Below are positions 53,687-64,000 of a stretch of 64,000 nucleotides of DNA, one piece after another (positions within the stretch are counted from its first letter, which is position 1; the number at the start of each line of letters is the position of its first letter). Under the pieces are notes generated by a model. It was not told where the DNA came from. It saw only the letters and a list, made by a program, of their open reading frames with translations, and ran no database searches. The stretch is from Vulcanimicrobiota bacterium. Lineage in GTDB: Bacteria > Vulcanimicrobiota > Vulcanimicrobiia > Vulcanimicrobiales > Vulcanimicrobiaceae. The DNA is taken from NCBI GenBank assembly GCA_963723515.1, contig CAVRQT010000003.1, positions 384,001-448,000 of the forward strand. Reading direction: 5' to 3'. Made by a program: the position numbers and the translations under genes.

Positions 53687-55403
53687 CGAGAGGCGATTGC
53701 GCTTCAACCGTTGAGCCTAAGGAAGCGTGCACTTTGGAGACGATCCCGTCTTTGTGCGCGCGCACCTCGTTCATCATCTTCATCGCTTCGATCACGGCGA
53801 CCATTTGGCCGGTGCGCACAGGGTCGTCTTGCTTGACCGCCAGCTCAATCACGATGCCATGCATCGGCGAGATCACGTCGTTGCCGTCAGTGGAAGTAAC
53901 GGCGCGAACACTTGCGATGCGCGGCGGAGATTTCTTTGCCGCAGATGAGCGTGGCGCATCAAGGATGCGCACATGATACATTTTGTTGTTGATCTCGACG
54001 CGAATCGGCTGCGGCGTTGGTGCCGGCACCTCCGCCGCTGCGAGCGCCGGCGCCGCTTTTTCACCGTACGAACGAGCAAATGTTTCAAGCGTGGCGGTTC
54101 CGTACTTCGCGCTCACGACGTCCGGCCGATCGATCAGCGCACGCAAGATGCCGAGCGTTGTCGGAACGCCTTCGATTACGAACTCATCGATTGCGCGCCT
54201 GAGTCGTGCCCGCGCTTGGTCGCGATCCGGCGCCCAGACGATCAGCTTGGCGATCAGTGAATCATAATCGGATGAAATCGTGTAGCCTTCGAATGCAGCT
54301 GAGTCAACGCGCACGCCGATGCCGGCGGGCTCACGATACTTCGTAACCGTTCCCGGAGCGGGTCGAAAATCGTCTGACGAGTCCTCGGCATTGACTCGCG
54401 CCTCAATCGAGTGCCCGCGAAAGACGATTGCATCTTGATCGTAGCCGAGCGGCTCCCCCGCGGCGACGCGGATTTGTTCGCGAATCAAATCCAACCCCGT
54501 GACCATTTCGCTGACGGTGTGCTCGACTTGAATGCGCGTGTTCATCTCTAAGAAATAGAAATCGGTGCCCGTAACGAGGCATTCAATCGTTCCGACGCTG
54601 TCATACTGTATCGCTTGGGCAGCCTTGATGCCGGCGGCGCGCAGTGCGGCGCGCGTCTGCTCCGGAATCGATGGCGGCGTCTCCTCCCACAATTTTTGAT
54701 GGCGCCGCTGCAGCGAACAATCGCGCTCGCCGACATGCAATACCTTGCCATGCTTATCGGCAAGAATCTGCAGTTCGATGTGCTTCGGATTTTCGAGATA
54801 GCGCTCCGCATAGATCGTGTCGTTCTTGAAGTACGCCGAGGCTTCACGTTGAGCGGTCGTAAACGCGCTTTCGAGTTCGCTCTCCGAACGCGCGATCTTC
54901 AGACCCTTACCGCCGCCGCCTCCGGAGGCTTTGAGCGCGAGCGGCAAACCGTAACGCTTTGCAGCCTTGTGCGCAGCGGCAACATCTTCGATCGCTTCGG
55001 TGCCGCCGGGAACGATCGGGACGCCTGCCGCAGCCATCGTTTGGCGCGCGCGAACTTTATCGCCCATCGCTTCGATCGCATCCGGATGCGGACCGACCCA
55101 AACCAAACCGTTTTTGACCACGGCGCGCGCAAACGCTGCGTTTTCTGCTAAGAAGCCGTACCCGGGATGAACCGCTTGTGCGCCCGAGCGTTTTGCGATT
55201 TCTAGAACGCGTTCAACATTCAAATAACTCGCAGCCGGCGAGGCGGGTCCTAGCAGGTATGCTTCATCGCCAAACTGCACGTGCAGCGCGTCGCGATCGG
55301 CTTCAGAGTAAACGGCCACGGTTGTAATGCCCATCTCTTTCGCCGTGCGAATAACGCGCAGCGCGATCTCGCCGCGGTTCGCGACAAGAAGCTTAGAGAA
55401 CAT
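53673..55403 (-). CDS. Acetyl/propionyl-CoA carboxylase alpha subunit (biotin carboxylase + BCCP)
   Basis: LVANRGEIA, HPGYGFLAEN, RDCSLQRRHQK, EMNTRIQVEH, EAMKM. Confidence 0.93.
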   Translation of the reverse strand: MFSKLLVANRGEIALRVIRTAKEMGITTVAVYSEADRDALHVQFGDEAYLLGPASPAASYLNVERVLEIAKRSGAQAVHPGYGFLAENAAFARAVVKNGLVWVGPHPDAIEAMGDKVRARQTMAAAGVPIVPGGTEAIEDVAAAHKAAKRYGLPLALKASGGGGGKGLKIARSESELESAFTTAQREASAYFKNDTIYAERYLENPKHIELQILADKHGKVLHVGERDCSLQRRHQKLWEETPPSIPEQTRAALRAAGIKAAQAIQYDSVGTIECLVTGTDFYFLEMNTRIQVEHTVSEMVTGLDLIREQIRVAAGEPLGYDQDAIVFRGHSIEARVNAEDSSDDFRPAPGTVTKYREPAGIGVRVDSAAFEGYTISSDYDSLIAKLIVWAPDRDQARARLRRAIDEFVIEGVPTTLGILRALIDRPDVVSAKYGTATLETFARSYGEKAAPALAAAEVPAPTPQPIRVEINNKMYHVRILDAPRSSAAKKSPPRIASVRAVTSTDGNDVISPMHGIVIELAVKQDDPVRTGQMVAVIEAMKMMNEVRAHKDGIVSKVHASLGSTVEAQSPLVTLS

Positions 55404-55593
55404 CCCAGGGCGCGTCACCTTGGCGCCGTAGATCCTCGAGCGTCGCTTCCGGGAAGCGGGCAGCTAGACGCCACGGACTTATGCCGGCTTGCCCGTCCCG
55501 CTGAGAAAAGAAGAGGCGCTGCAGCGCTATTTCAAGTGCCGCAATCTCCTCTGGTGACGGCTGCGCGCCAACGAACTCAACCTTCAAGCGCAT
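55393..55593 (-). CDS. Acyl-CoA carboxylase epsilon-like small subunit
   Basis: PSPEEIAAL...SPWRLAAR pattern; position upstream of the alpha subunit. Confidence 0.6.
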   Translation of the reverse strand: MRLKVEFVGAQPSPEEIAALEIALQRLFFSQRDGQAGISPWRLAARFPEATLEDLRRQGDAPWDVL

Positions 55594-56374
55594 CCGATTT
55601 GTCGGGATACATTCCCATAGCGTGGTATCCGGCGTCGACAAAATGAACGTCGGCCGTTACGGCTCCGGAGAGATCCGACATCAGATACACGGCCGCTTTG
55701 CCGATGTCATCGGCGGTGATGTTTCGCCGTAGCGGCGCCGCTTGCCCAACCTTTTCAAGCATTAACGTGAACCCTTTGACCTGTCGCGCGCTCGCGGTCT
55801 TGACCGGTCCGGCAGAAATTGCGTTGACGCGAATGCCCCGATCGCCGAGGTCGAAAGCCATATACCGGATCGATGCCTCGAGCGCCGCTTTGGCAATGCC
55901 CATCACATTGTAGTTTGGAACGATAGCGGTGGCGCCGAGATAGGTGAGCGCGACAATGCTCGCGCGATCGTTGAACGTCTCGCGCAACGCTTGCACGAGC
56001 GCAATCAGCGAATATGCGGAGACATCGAGCGTCGTTTCAAAGCCGGCGCGCGATGTATCGTAGACCTTGCCCATAAGATCTTCTTTGTTGGCAAAGGCAA
56101 TCGAGTGGACGAGCCCGTCGAGTTGTCCGAAATCCATTGCGAGTCGCTCGTTGAGCTTACGCAGCGCTTCATCTGCAGCGACGTCGCACTCGATGACCGG
56201 ACCGCCTCCCAATTCGGCCGCCAACTTCTCGACCTCGCCTTTGACGCGTTCGCCTTGATAGATGAACGCGAGGCGTGCGCCGTGCTCGTGCATTTGATGT
56301 GCGATGCCGGTAGCGATAGACCAGCGATTTGCAACGCCGGTAATAAGGATATTCTTGCCTTCCAAAAGCTTCAC
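55577..56374 (-). CDS. fabI: Enoyl-ACP reductase
   Basis: ITGVANRWSIA, HSIAFA, SAYSL, YNVMGIAKAALE, NAISAGP. Confidence 0.93.
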   Translation of the reverse strand: MKLLEGKNILITGVANRWSIATGIAHQMHEHGARLAFIYQGERVKGEVEKLAAELGGGPVIECDVAADEALRKLNERLAMDFGQLDGLVHSIAFANKEDLMGKVYDTSRAGFETTLDVSAYSLIALVQALRETFNDRASIVALTYLGATAIVPNYNVMGIAKAALEASIRYMAFDLGDRGIRVNAISAGPVKTASARQVKGFTLMLEKVGQAAPLRRNITADDIGKAAVYLMSDLSGAVTADVHFVDAGYHAMGMYPDKSDALEG

Positions 56375-56427
56375 GCGGCTACATACCATTGCGAAGGTTG
56401 TGCTCCCCTCTACAGGAAGGGTGCGAC

Positions 56428-56839
56428 GGTCGCGCGCAGTTTTCGATGTGTGCCGGCAGCGTTAAGAATCGTCTGGTTCGTTCAATGCATTTACTATGTC
56501 ATGACGGCCGTCCCGGCGCTCCTCAGCCGGCAGTTGTTTGAGTCGATCACCGGCCCGAAAACGGACTACTGGCTCGTTCACATGGTGGCGTTGCTTGTGA
56601 TGGTTATCGGCGTTGCGGTCGGGATCGCCGCTTGGCGCCGTTCATTTACGGCAGAAATGGTTGTGCTTTCGATCGCCGGCGCCGCATCGTTTGCTCTGAT
56701 CGACATCATCTACGCGCTGCGCGGAACGATTTCGCGGATCTATCTGGCCGACGCGGCCGTTGAAATCGTTATCATTATTGCTGTCGCTATAGCTGCGCGC
56801 TTGCCCTACAAGGGTGCAGCGGGGGCCCGCCCGCGATAG
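56428..56839 (+). CDS. Hypothetical membrane protein
   Basis: Q..YY..T...P.L....FE.ITGPKTDYWLV...IYLADA; four hydrophobic helices. Start uncertain. Confidence 0.6.
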
Positions 56840-56923
56840 TTTGGGCGGGGGCGTGTAGATTCGTTTCCGCCGCATCGTGGCGGAAGCGAAATCGGAACGC
56901 CAAGCGCTGAGCGCAGTTCAGCG

Positions 56924-58473
<1,550 letters not shown>

Positions 58474-58477
<4 letters not shown>

Positions 58478-59901
58478 GATTGTGCCGCAACGTGGTGGCC
58501 GCGGGCGAAGAAGACGAGTTTGCCAAGCGGGAGGTGGTGACGCAGCAACTGCGTGCCGGGTTGCGCCGCTCCGACACTCTTCATCGCGATAAACGAAATG
58601 CCGACGAGCACCATAAAGGCGATCGACGTCAAGAATGCGCCGCGAGTTCCGAGCGCCGTCTCGAAAACCGTTCCGCCGATCGCGACGCCGACGCTCAAGC
58701 CGATCTGAATTCCGGTACTCAAGATTCCCGAAGCTGCGCCGGATTGGTCCGCGGGAATATGGGCAAGTCCGACCATCATCGACATCTGATAGGTGATCAT
58801 GCAGCCGAAGCCCGCGATCACCGTGCCCGGCAACGCGCCAATGACGTACGGCGTATCGCGGTTGATCGACACCATGATGATGCCGCCGATAAGCATCAGC
58901 AGCGTGGCCGCGAAACCGACGGTTCGGCCACCGAAACGCGTCGCAAGCGGCGCGCTGAACGGTCCCGCAAATGCGGTCAGCAAGACGGACATCGGCAAAA
59001 ATGCCATTGCCGCCCGCCAGGGCGCCCAATGCAGCGCACTTTGAAAGTAGATCGACGCATAGACGAAGAGCGCTGCGTATGCCGCTGCCTGAAAAATTGC
59101 GACACTCGCCGACGCGGAGAGGTTCGGCAGCTTGAAAACCGAGAGCGGCATCACGGGATTGCGCGCGCGAGTTTCGACCCACACGAACAGCGCAAGAACG
59201 CCAATCGCGACGATGAGCCGCCACAGCGTTGCAAGCGACAAGAGCCCGCTTTCGGCGATTTCTTCGATCGCGTAGATCAACAGCAAGATGCCGGCGGTCA
59301 TGAGCAACGCGCCGAGATAATCGATCCGTTGGCGAATGCGCGCGCTCAATTCATGCGGGATCAATAGCGGCGTCAACGTAAGCAATAGTACGCCGATCGG
59401 GACATTGACGAAGAAGACCGCTCGCCATCCGAGCGCACTCGTCAATATGCCGCCCAGCAAAATGCCGGCGGTCAAGCCGGCGCTCCCGATCACTCCCCAC
59501 AGGCTCAACGCGCGATTGCGCGGCGCGCCTTCCGCAAAGAGATCGGTCACTAACGCCAGCGCGGCGGGATTGACCATCGCGGCGCCGAGACCCTGAACGC
59601 CGCGCATGATCACAAGAAAAGCGGGCGTGTGAGAAAATCCGGCGACAAGCGATGACGCGGTGAAGATCAACAGTCCAGCGATGAAGATGACGCGCCGTCC
59701 GAGGAGATCGCACAAGCGGCCGGCGACCATCAAGAATCCGGCGAAGATGATCGTATAAGCGCTGATCACCCATTGCAGATCGCCCGGCGGGAAGTGCAGA
59801 TTGCGTTGGATCGCCGGCATCGCGATGCTGACGATCGAAAAGTCGAGGACGATCATAAAAAACGTGGTGCATAAGAGCACGAACGTCCATAAATTCTTCA
59901 C
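58474..59901 (-). CDS. MFS transporter, DHA2 (14-TM) family
   Basis: LDFSIV..AMP, WVISAY, GRLCDLLGRR, RGVQGLG, WRAVFFVNVPIG. Confidence 0.9.
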
Positions 59902-59945
59902 TGCGTCGGACTACGTCCGGCGGGTCGCTATGCTGGTGACTTGCG

Positions 59946-60257
59946 TCACCAAATGCCGAGCATCATCTTGACGTCTTCGCTCGCCATTTCGCGCGGATCC
60001 CAAGGCGGCGAAAACGTGATGTCCACTTTGGCCGATTTGACGCCTTCCATGGCTTCGATGCGATCGAGCACGTCCTTACGAAATTGCGGCCCGACCGGAC
60101 ACATCGGCGACGTCAGCGTCATCATCACCGTCACATGTTCGTTTTGCTCGCCTTCGACGGCGATGTCGTAGATCAAACCGAGATCGACGACGCTCAAATG
60201 CAGTTCCGGATCCAGCACATCTTTGAGTGTGGAACGAACTTCATCGACAGTCGGCAT
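59946..60257 (-). CDS. Metal-sulfur cluster assembly factor (DUF59/SufT-like)
   Basis: DPEL..SVVDLGLIY, TLTSPMCP, FSPPW. Confidence 0.9.
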   Translation of the reverse strand: MPTVDEVRSTLKDVLDPELHLSVVDLGLIYDIAVEGEQNEHVTVMMTLTSPMCPVGPQFRKDVLDRIEAMEGVKSAKVDITFSPPWDPREMASEDVKMMLGIW

Positions 60258-60378
60258 GCTGGTTATCCTCTCCTTGAACTAGGCCCCGAAACTTCTGCTA
60301 TCCTTGAAAGGTTACTATAATAGGTTTTGGGGGACCCGCCCGCGATTAGTTTGGGGGGTATAGGAGAAGAAACACGCG

Positions 60379-62871
60379 ATGTCGATGTGGGAACCGTTCA
60401 CCGAACGAGCAAGGCGCAGCATCGTGCTCGCTCAGGAAGAGGCGCAACGGCTCGGCAACAACTACATCGGAACCGAGCACATCTTGCTCGGCATCATTTC
60501 CGAAGGCGAGAGCTTGGCCGCCAAAGTGCTCGAAACGCTGGGCGTCAACCTCGCCAAAGTTCGCCAAGAAGTTGAGGCGATCGTCGGACGTGGCGGGCAG
60601 ACCGTCCAGCAGGAGATGGTCTTCACGCCGCGCGCAAAGCGCGTCATCGAGCTCGCCTTTGAGGAAGCCCGGCAGCTCAACCACAACTACATCGGCACGG
60701 AGCATCTGCTTCTCGGCTTAATCCGAGAGGGAGAGGGCGTCGCCGCACGGGTTCTGACCAATCTTGGGGTCGATCCCGCCAAGGTTCGGCTGCAGACTAC
60801 ATCGCTGCTCGGTGCGGAAGGTCAGCCGCCGGCGCCCAAAGGCAAGTCGAAGACGCCGACGCTCGATGCGTACGGTCGAGATCTGACGACCCTCGCCCGC
60901 GAAAACAAACTTGATCCCGTCATCGGCCGCTCGATGGAGATCGAGCGCGTCATTCAAATTCTCTCGCGGCGCACGAAGAACAACCCGGCGCTGATCGGCG
61001 AACCGGGCGTCGGAAAAACCGCGATTGCCGAAGGCTTAGCGCAACGCGTCATCAAGGGCGACATTCCCGAACCGTTGCGTGAACGGCGTGTCATCACGCT
61101 GGATTTGGCAGGCTTGGTTGCCGGAACGAAATATCGCGGCGAGTTTGAAGAGCGCATGAAGCGCGTGATGGATGAGATCCGCGGGGCTGCTGGGGAGATC
61201 ATCCTCTTTATTGACGAGCTGCACACGCTTGTCGGCGCCGGCGCCGCCGAAGGGGCCATCGATGCAAGCAATATCATCAAGCCGGCGCTGGCGCGCGGCG
61301 AGTTGCAGTGCATCGGAGCGACGACGCTCAACGAGTTTCGCAAATACATCGAGAAAGATGCGGCCCTCGAGCGGCGGTTCCAGCCGATCATGGTCGGCGA
61401 GCCGAGCATCGACGAGACGATCGAAATTCTCAAAGGACTGCGCGACCGGTATGAAGCGCATCATAAGGTGCAAATCACCGACGAAGCGCTGGCTGCTGCC
61501 GCACGGCTTGGCGATCGTTACATCACCGATCGCTTCTTACCCGACAAAGCCGTTGACTTGATCGATGAAGCTTCGTCACGCGTGCGCCTGCAAGCGACGC
61601 TTCCGCCGCCTGAAATTCGCGAAATCGACGCGCAGTTGCGTAAAGTCCTGAGCGAAAAAGAATCGGTCGTCAAGTCGCAAGAGTTTGAGAAAGCCGCCGA
61701 GATTCGGGATCGCGAGGAGAAGCTGCGGCTCGAGAAGGCGCGGCTCGAGCAAGAGTGGCAAGAGAAGCGCTCGCAGCTCGACAAGACGCTCAAAGTCACG
61801 GATGAAGACATCGCCGGCATCGTTTCATCGTGGACGAAGATTCCGGTTTCAAAACTCGCCGAAGCTGAAACGGCCAAGCTTCTCAATATGAAGGAATCGC
61901 TGCATCGACGCGTCGTTGGACAAGACGAAGCGATCGAAGTCGTCACGCGGGCGATTCGCCGTTCGCGCGCCGGATTGAAAAACCCGCATCGCCCGATCGG
62001 TTCGTTCATCTTCCTCGGTCCGACGGGCGTCGGAAAAACAGAGGTCGCGCGCAGCGTCGCCGAGTTTCTCTTCGATGATTCGGACTCAATTATCCGCATC
62101 GACATGTCGGAGTACATGGAGAAGTATGCGGTCAGCCGGCTAGTCGGCGCACCGCCGGGATACGTCGGTTATGAAGAAGGCGGTCAACTGACCGAAGCCG
62201 TGCGGCGCCGTCCTTACTGCGTCGTCCTGCTCGATGAGATCGAGAAGGCACATCCAGATGTCTTCAACATCCTCTTGCAAGTGCTCGACGACGGCCGCTT
62301 GACGGATAGTCAAGGCCGCGTCGTTGACTTTAAGAATTCCGTGATCGTGATGACGAGCAACGTCGGCGCGACCGGTATGCAAACGACGACGGATATCGGT
62401 TTCCGTCCGCAACGTGATGAAGGCAAGACCGAAGACCAGCTCTACGAGAAGATGAAGAATAAGGTGCTTGAAGAGGTCAAGCACACCTTCCGCCCCGAGT
62501 TTTTAAATCGCGTTGACGAAATTGTGGTCTTCCATCAATTGACGCGCGAAGAGATCGAGCAGATCGTCGGACTCGAGCTCGAGAAAGTCATCCGCGAAGT
62601 CAAGGCACAAGATATGCATCTCGAGGTTACCGAGGATGCGAAGAAGCTGCTCGCCCAAAAAGGTTGGGATCCGCAATTCGGTGCGCGCCCGCTGCGGCGC
62701 GCGATTCAGCGCGAAGTGGAGGACGAGCTATCCGAAGAGATGCTGCGCGGGACCTTTTCATCCGGCGACCACGTTTTGGCTGAAGTCAATCCAGACAATC
62801 CGGATAAGCTGAAGTTCAGCAAGATTCCGGCGGTCGAACCACCGCCGGTCCCAGAACCAGTCACAACCTAA
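60379..62871 (+). CDS. clpC: ATP-dependent Clp protease ATP-binding subunit ClpC
   Basis: Two Clp-N repeats, [11 protein letters not shown] domain, [11 protein letters not shown] loop. Confidence 0.95.
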   Translation: MSMWEPFTERARRSIVLAQEEAQRLGNNYIGTEHILLGIISEGESLAAKVLETLGVNLAKVRQEVEAIVGRGGQTVQQEMVFTPRAKRVIELAFEEARQLNHNYIGTEHLLLGLIREGEGVAARVLTNLGVDPAKVRLQTTSLLGAEGQPPAPKGKSKTPTLDAYGRDLTTLARENKLDPVIGRSMEIERVIQILSRRTKNNPALIGEPGVGKTAIAEGLAQRVIKGDIPEPLRERRVITLDLAGLVAGTKYRGEFEERMKRVMDEIRGAAGEIILFIDELHTLVGAGAAEGAIDASNIIKPALARGELQCIGATTLNEFRKYIEKDAALERRFQPIMVGEPSIDETIEILKGLRDRYEAHHKVQITDEALAAAARLGDRYITDRFLPDKAVDLIDEASSRVRLQATLPPPEIREIDAQLRKVLSEKESVVKSQEFEKAAEIRDREEKLRLEKARLEQEWQEKRSQLDKTLKVTDEDIAGIVSSWTKIPVSKLAEAETAKLLNMKESLHRRVVGQDEAIEVVTRAIRRSRAGLKNPHRPIGSFIFLGPTGVGKTEVARSVAEFLFDDSDSIIRIDMSEYMEKYAVSRLVGAPPGYVGYEEGGQLTEAVRRRPYCVVLLDEIEKAHPDVFNILLQVLDDGRLTDSQGRVVDFKNSVIVMTSNVGATGMQTTTDIGFRPQRDEGKTEDQLYEKMKNKVLEEVKHTFRPEFLNRVDEIVVFHQLTREEIEQIVGLELEKVIREVKAQDMHLEVTEDAKKLLAQKGWDPQFGARPLRRAIQREVEDELSEEMLRGTFSSGDHVLAEVNPDNPDKLKFSKIPAVEPPPVPEPVTT

Positions 62872-62873
62872 CG

Positions 62874-62903
62874 AAAAGCGGCGCCTCGGCGCCGTTTTCT
62901 TTT
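62874..62903 (+). terminator. Intrinsic terminator after clpC
   Basis: AAAAGCGGCGCC-TC-GGCGCCGTTTT followed by CTTTT. Confidence 0.75.
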
Positions 62904-62923
62904 AAGGCGGCCGAGTTCAACCC

Positions 62924-63025
62924 TGTCACCCTGAGCTTGTCGAAGCGCCACCGGAACGGTGAACACCGAGCTTTAAATCGTGACATTCATGATCGGGGTG
63001 GCCCTTCGTCAAGCTTAGGCTGACA
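62924..63025. repeat. Inverted REP pair
   Basis: TGTCACCCTGAGCTTGTCGAAGCG (62924) and inverted CCCTTCGTCAAGCTTAGGCTGACA (63002). Confidence 0.75.
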
Positions 63026-63112
63026 CAGTGAGGCGTGGACACCAAAAAAACAACGTAGCTAGCGTCAGCCCGAGAGGATGATGCGTGCACGGCAAGCGTA
63101 CACACCTCATCA

Positions 63113-64000
63113 GTGAAGCCGGCGCTGCTTGCTTGCCTTTTCTTTACCGGCCTCTTGTTCGGGCGTGTTGCGCTCGGACAAGAATCACCATCTCCCTCGC
63201 CGGAAGCAACTCGCGCGCGCCGTTGATAACGCCGGCGCCGACGTTAACGCCCGGGCCGACATCAACGCCGACCACGACGCCGCAACCCGGACCGCTGCAG
63301 GCCAATCCACCGTCGATTCAGAGCAATATCGGCGTGCCGAAAAGCGTTGCAATCGGCGGCGCAACCGGTGCGCTAACCGCAACGATCGATCCCAAGATCG
63401 CAACGCTTGCGATTGCCGGCACGACGCTGACGGTAACGCCGTCGATGAACGGCCGGGCGACGATTCATGTGGTCGATGCGGCCGGTGCATTCGTCGACAT
63501 CTTCTTGCGCGTTGCGCCGAATGCGGCGACGATTTCCCGAATGGTGAGCGTCAAGTTAACCGGCGACCTAGACTCAAGCTTCATCGCAAATGAGACGTCG
63601 CTTGCCGTGCATCAGGCGGTCAACGCGAATCCCGGCACAACCATCAACATCGGCTTGCTGCCGCCGCCGACCACTTCGTTGCCGGTTGGAAGTGAATACA
63701 GCTTTGGACTTCCGGTTACGGTGCTTGGGGGCGATCAATATCTCGACGTGAGCGACGTGATGCGAGTTGACGTCCAGCATGTCGCCGCTCAACCGTTCTC
63801 GCCGACGATCCTCTACTATTCCGACGATCCCGAGCGGATCGTGAACGACGGCGTGCTCTTCCGCGGGACCGTAACGACCGGCACGCCGGTGCGGCTCTAC
63901 GATTACCACGAGAACGGTACGGATCCGCGCCGTTTAGTTGTTGCGCTCAGCAGCTCTTCAACCACGCCGACGAGCGCCCAAATCGTCGAATCGTTCGCCG
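63113..64000 (+). CDS. Hypothetical secreted protein with Pro/Thr-rich linker (partial, frameshift ~63215)
   Basis: Signal peptide VKPALLACLFFTGLLFGRVALG; long open frame running off the window end (ILYYSDDPERIV..GVLF). Confidence 0.6.

Noticed and set aside
58478..59224. 250-aa N-terminal extension of pccB
   Set aside because: An alternate frame of the MFS gene; the real start is ATG 58477, overlapping the MFS stop.

Overview
Bacterial genomic window, roughly 55-62% GC by eye. Gene content suggests a soil bacterium, possibly Eremiobacterota/WPS-2 (inference only). Many single-base frameshifts suggest long-read indels and/or gene decay. Three zones. (1) About 0.5-17.6 kb is a lower-GC accessory island dense in nucleotide-signalling and immune-type domains: a truncated class III cyclase-STAND gene, TIR-TM-WD40, a nucleoside deoxyribosyltransferase-like/DUF4071 TPR protein, two paralogous SLOG+SLATT-like membrane proteins, a TIR-TM-MCE(MlaD) fusion, a multi-TIR protein translationally coupled to an nSTAND1-TM-trypsin protein, and a secreted Vgb-like propeller. 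(2) tRNA-Asn(GTT) at 17916-17991 is followed by about 10 kb of gene blocks separated by repeated tRNA-3'-end copies, a repeated terminator and REP elements, consistent with a serial integration hotspot. (3) About 28-64 kb is mostly ordinary genes: oxidoreductase, OsmC, ABC1 kinase, lipid kinase/PAP2, a peptidoglycan-recycling cluster (nagZ, anmK, murQ, DUF4127), methylmalonyl/propionyl-CoA genes, fabI, an MFS transporter, clpC. The best candidate for an undescribed system is the TIR-receptor/SLOG-SLATT island.
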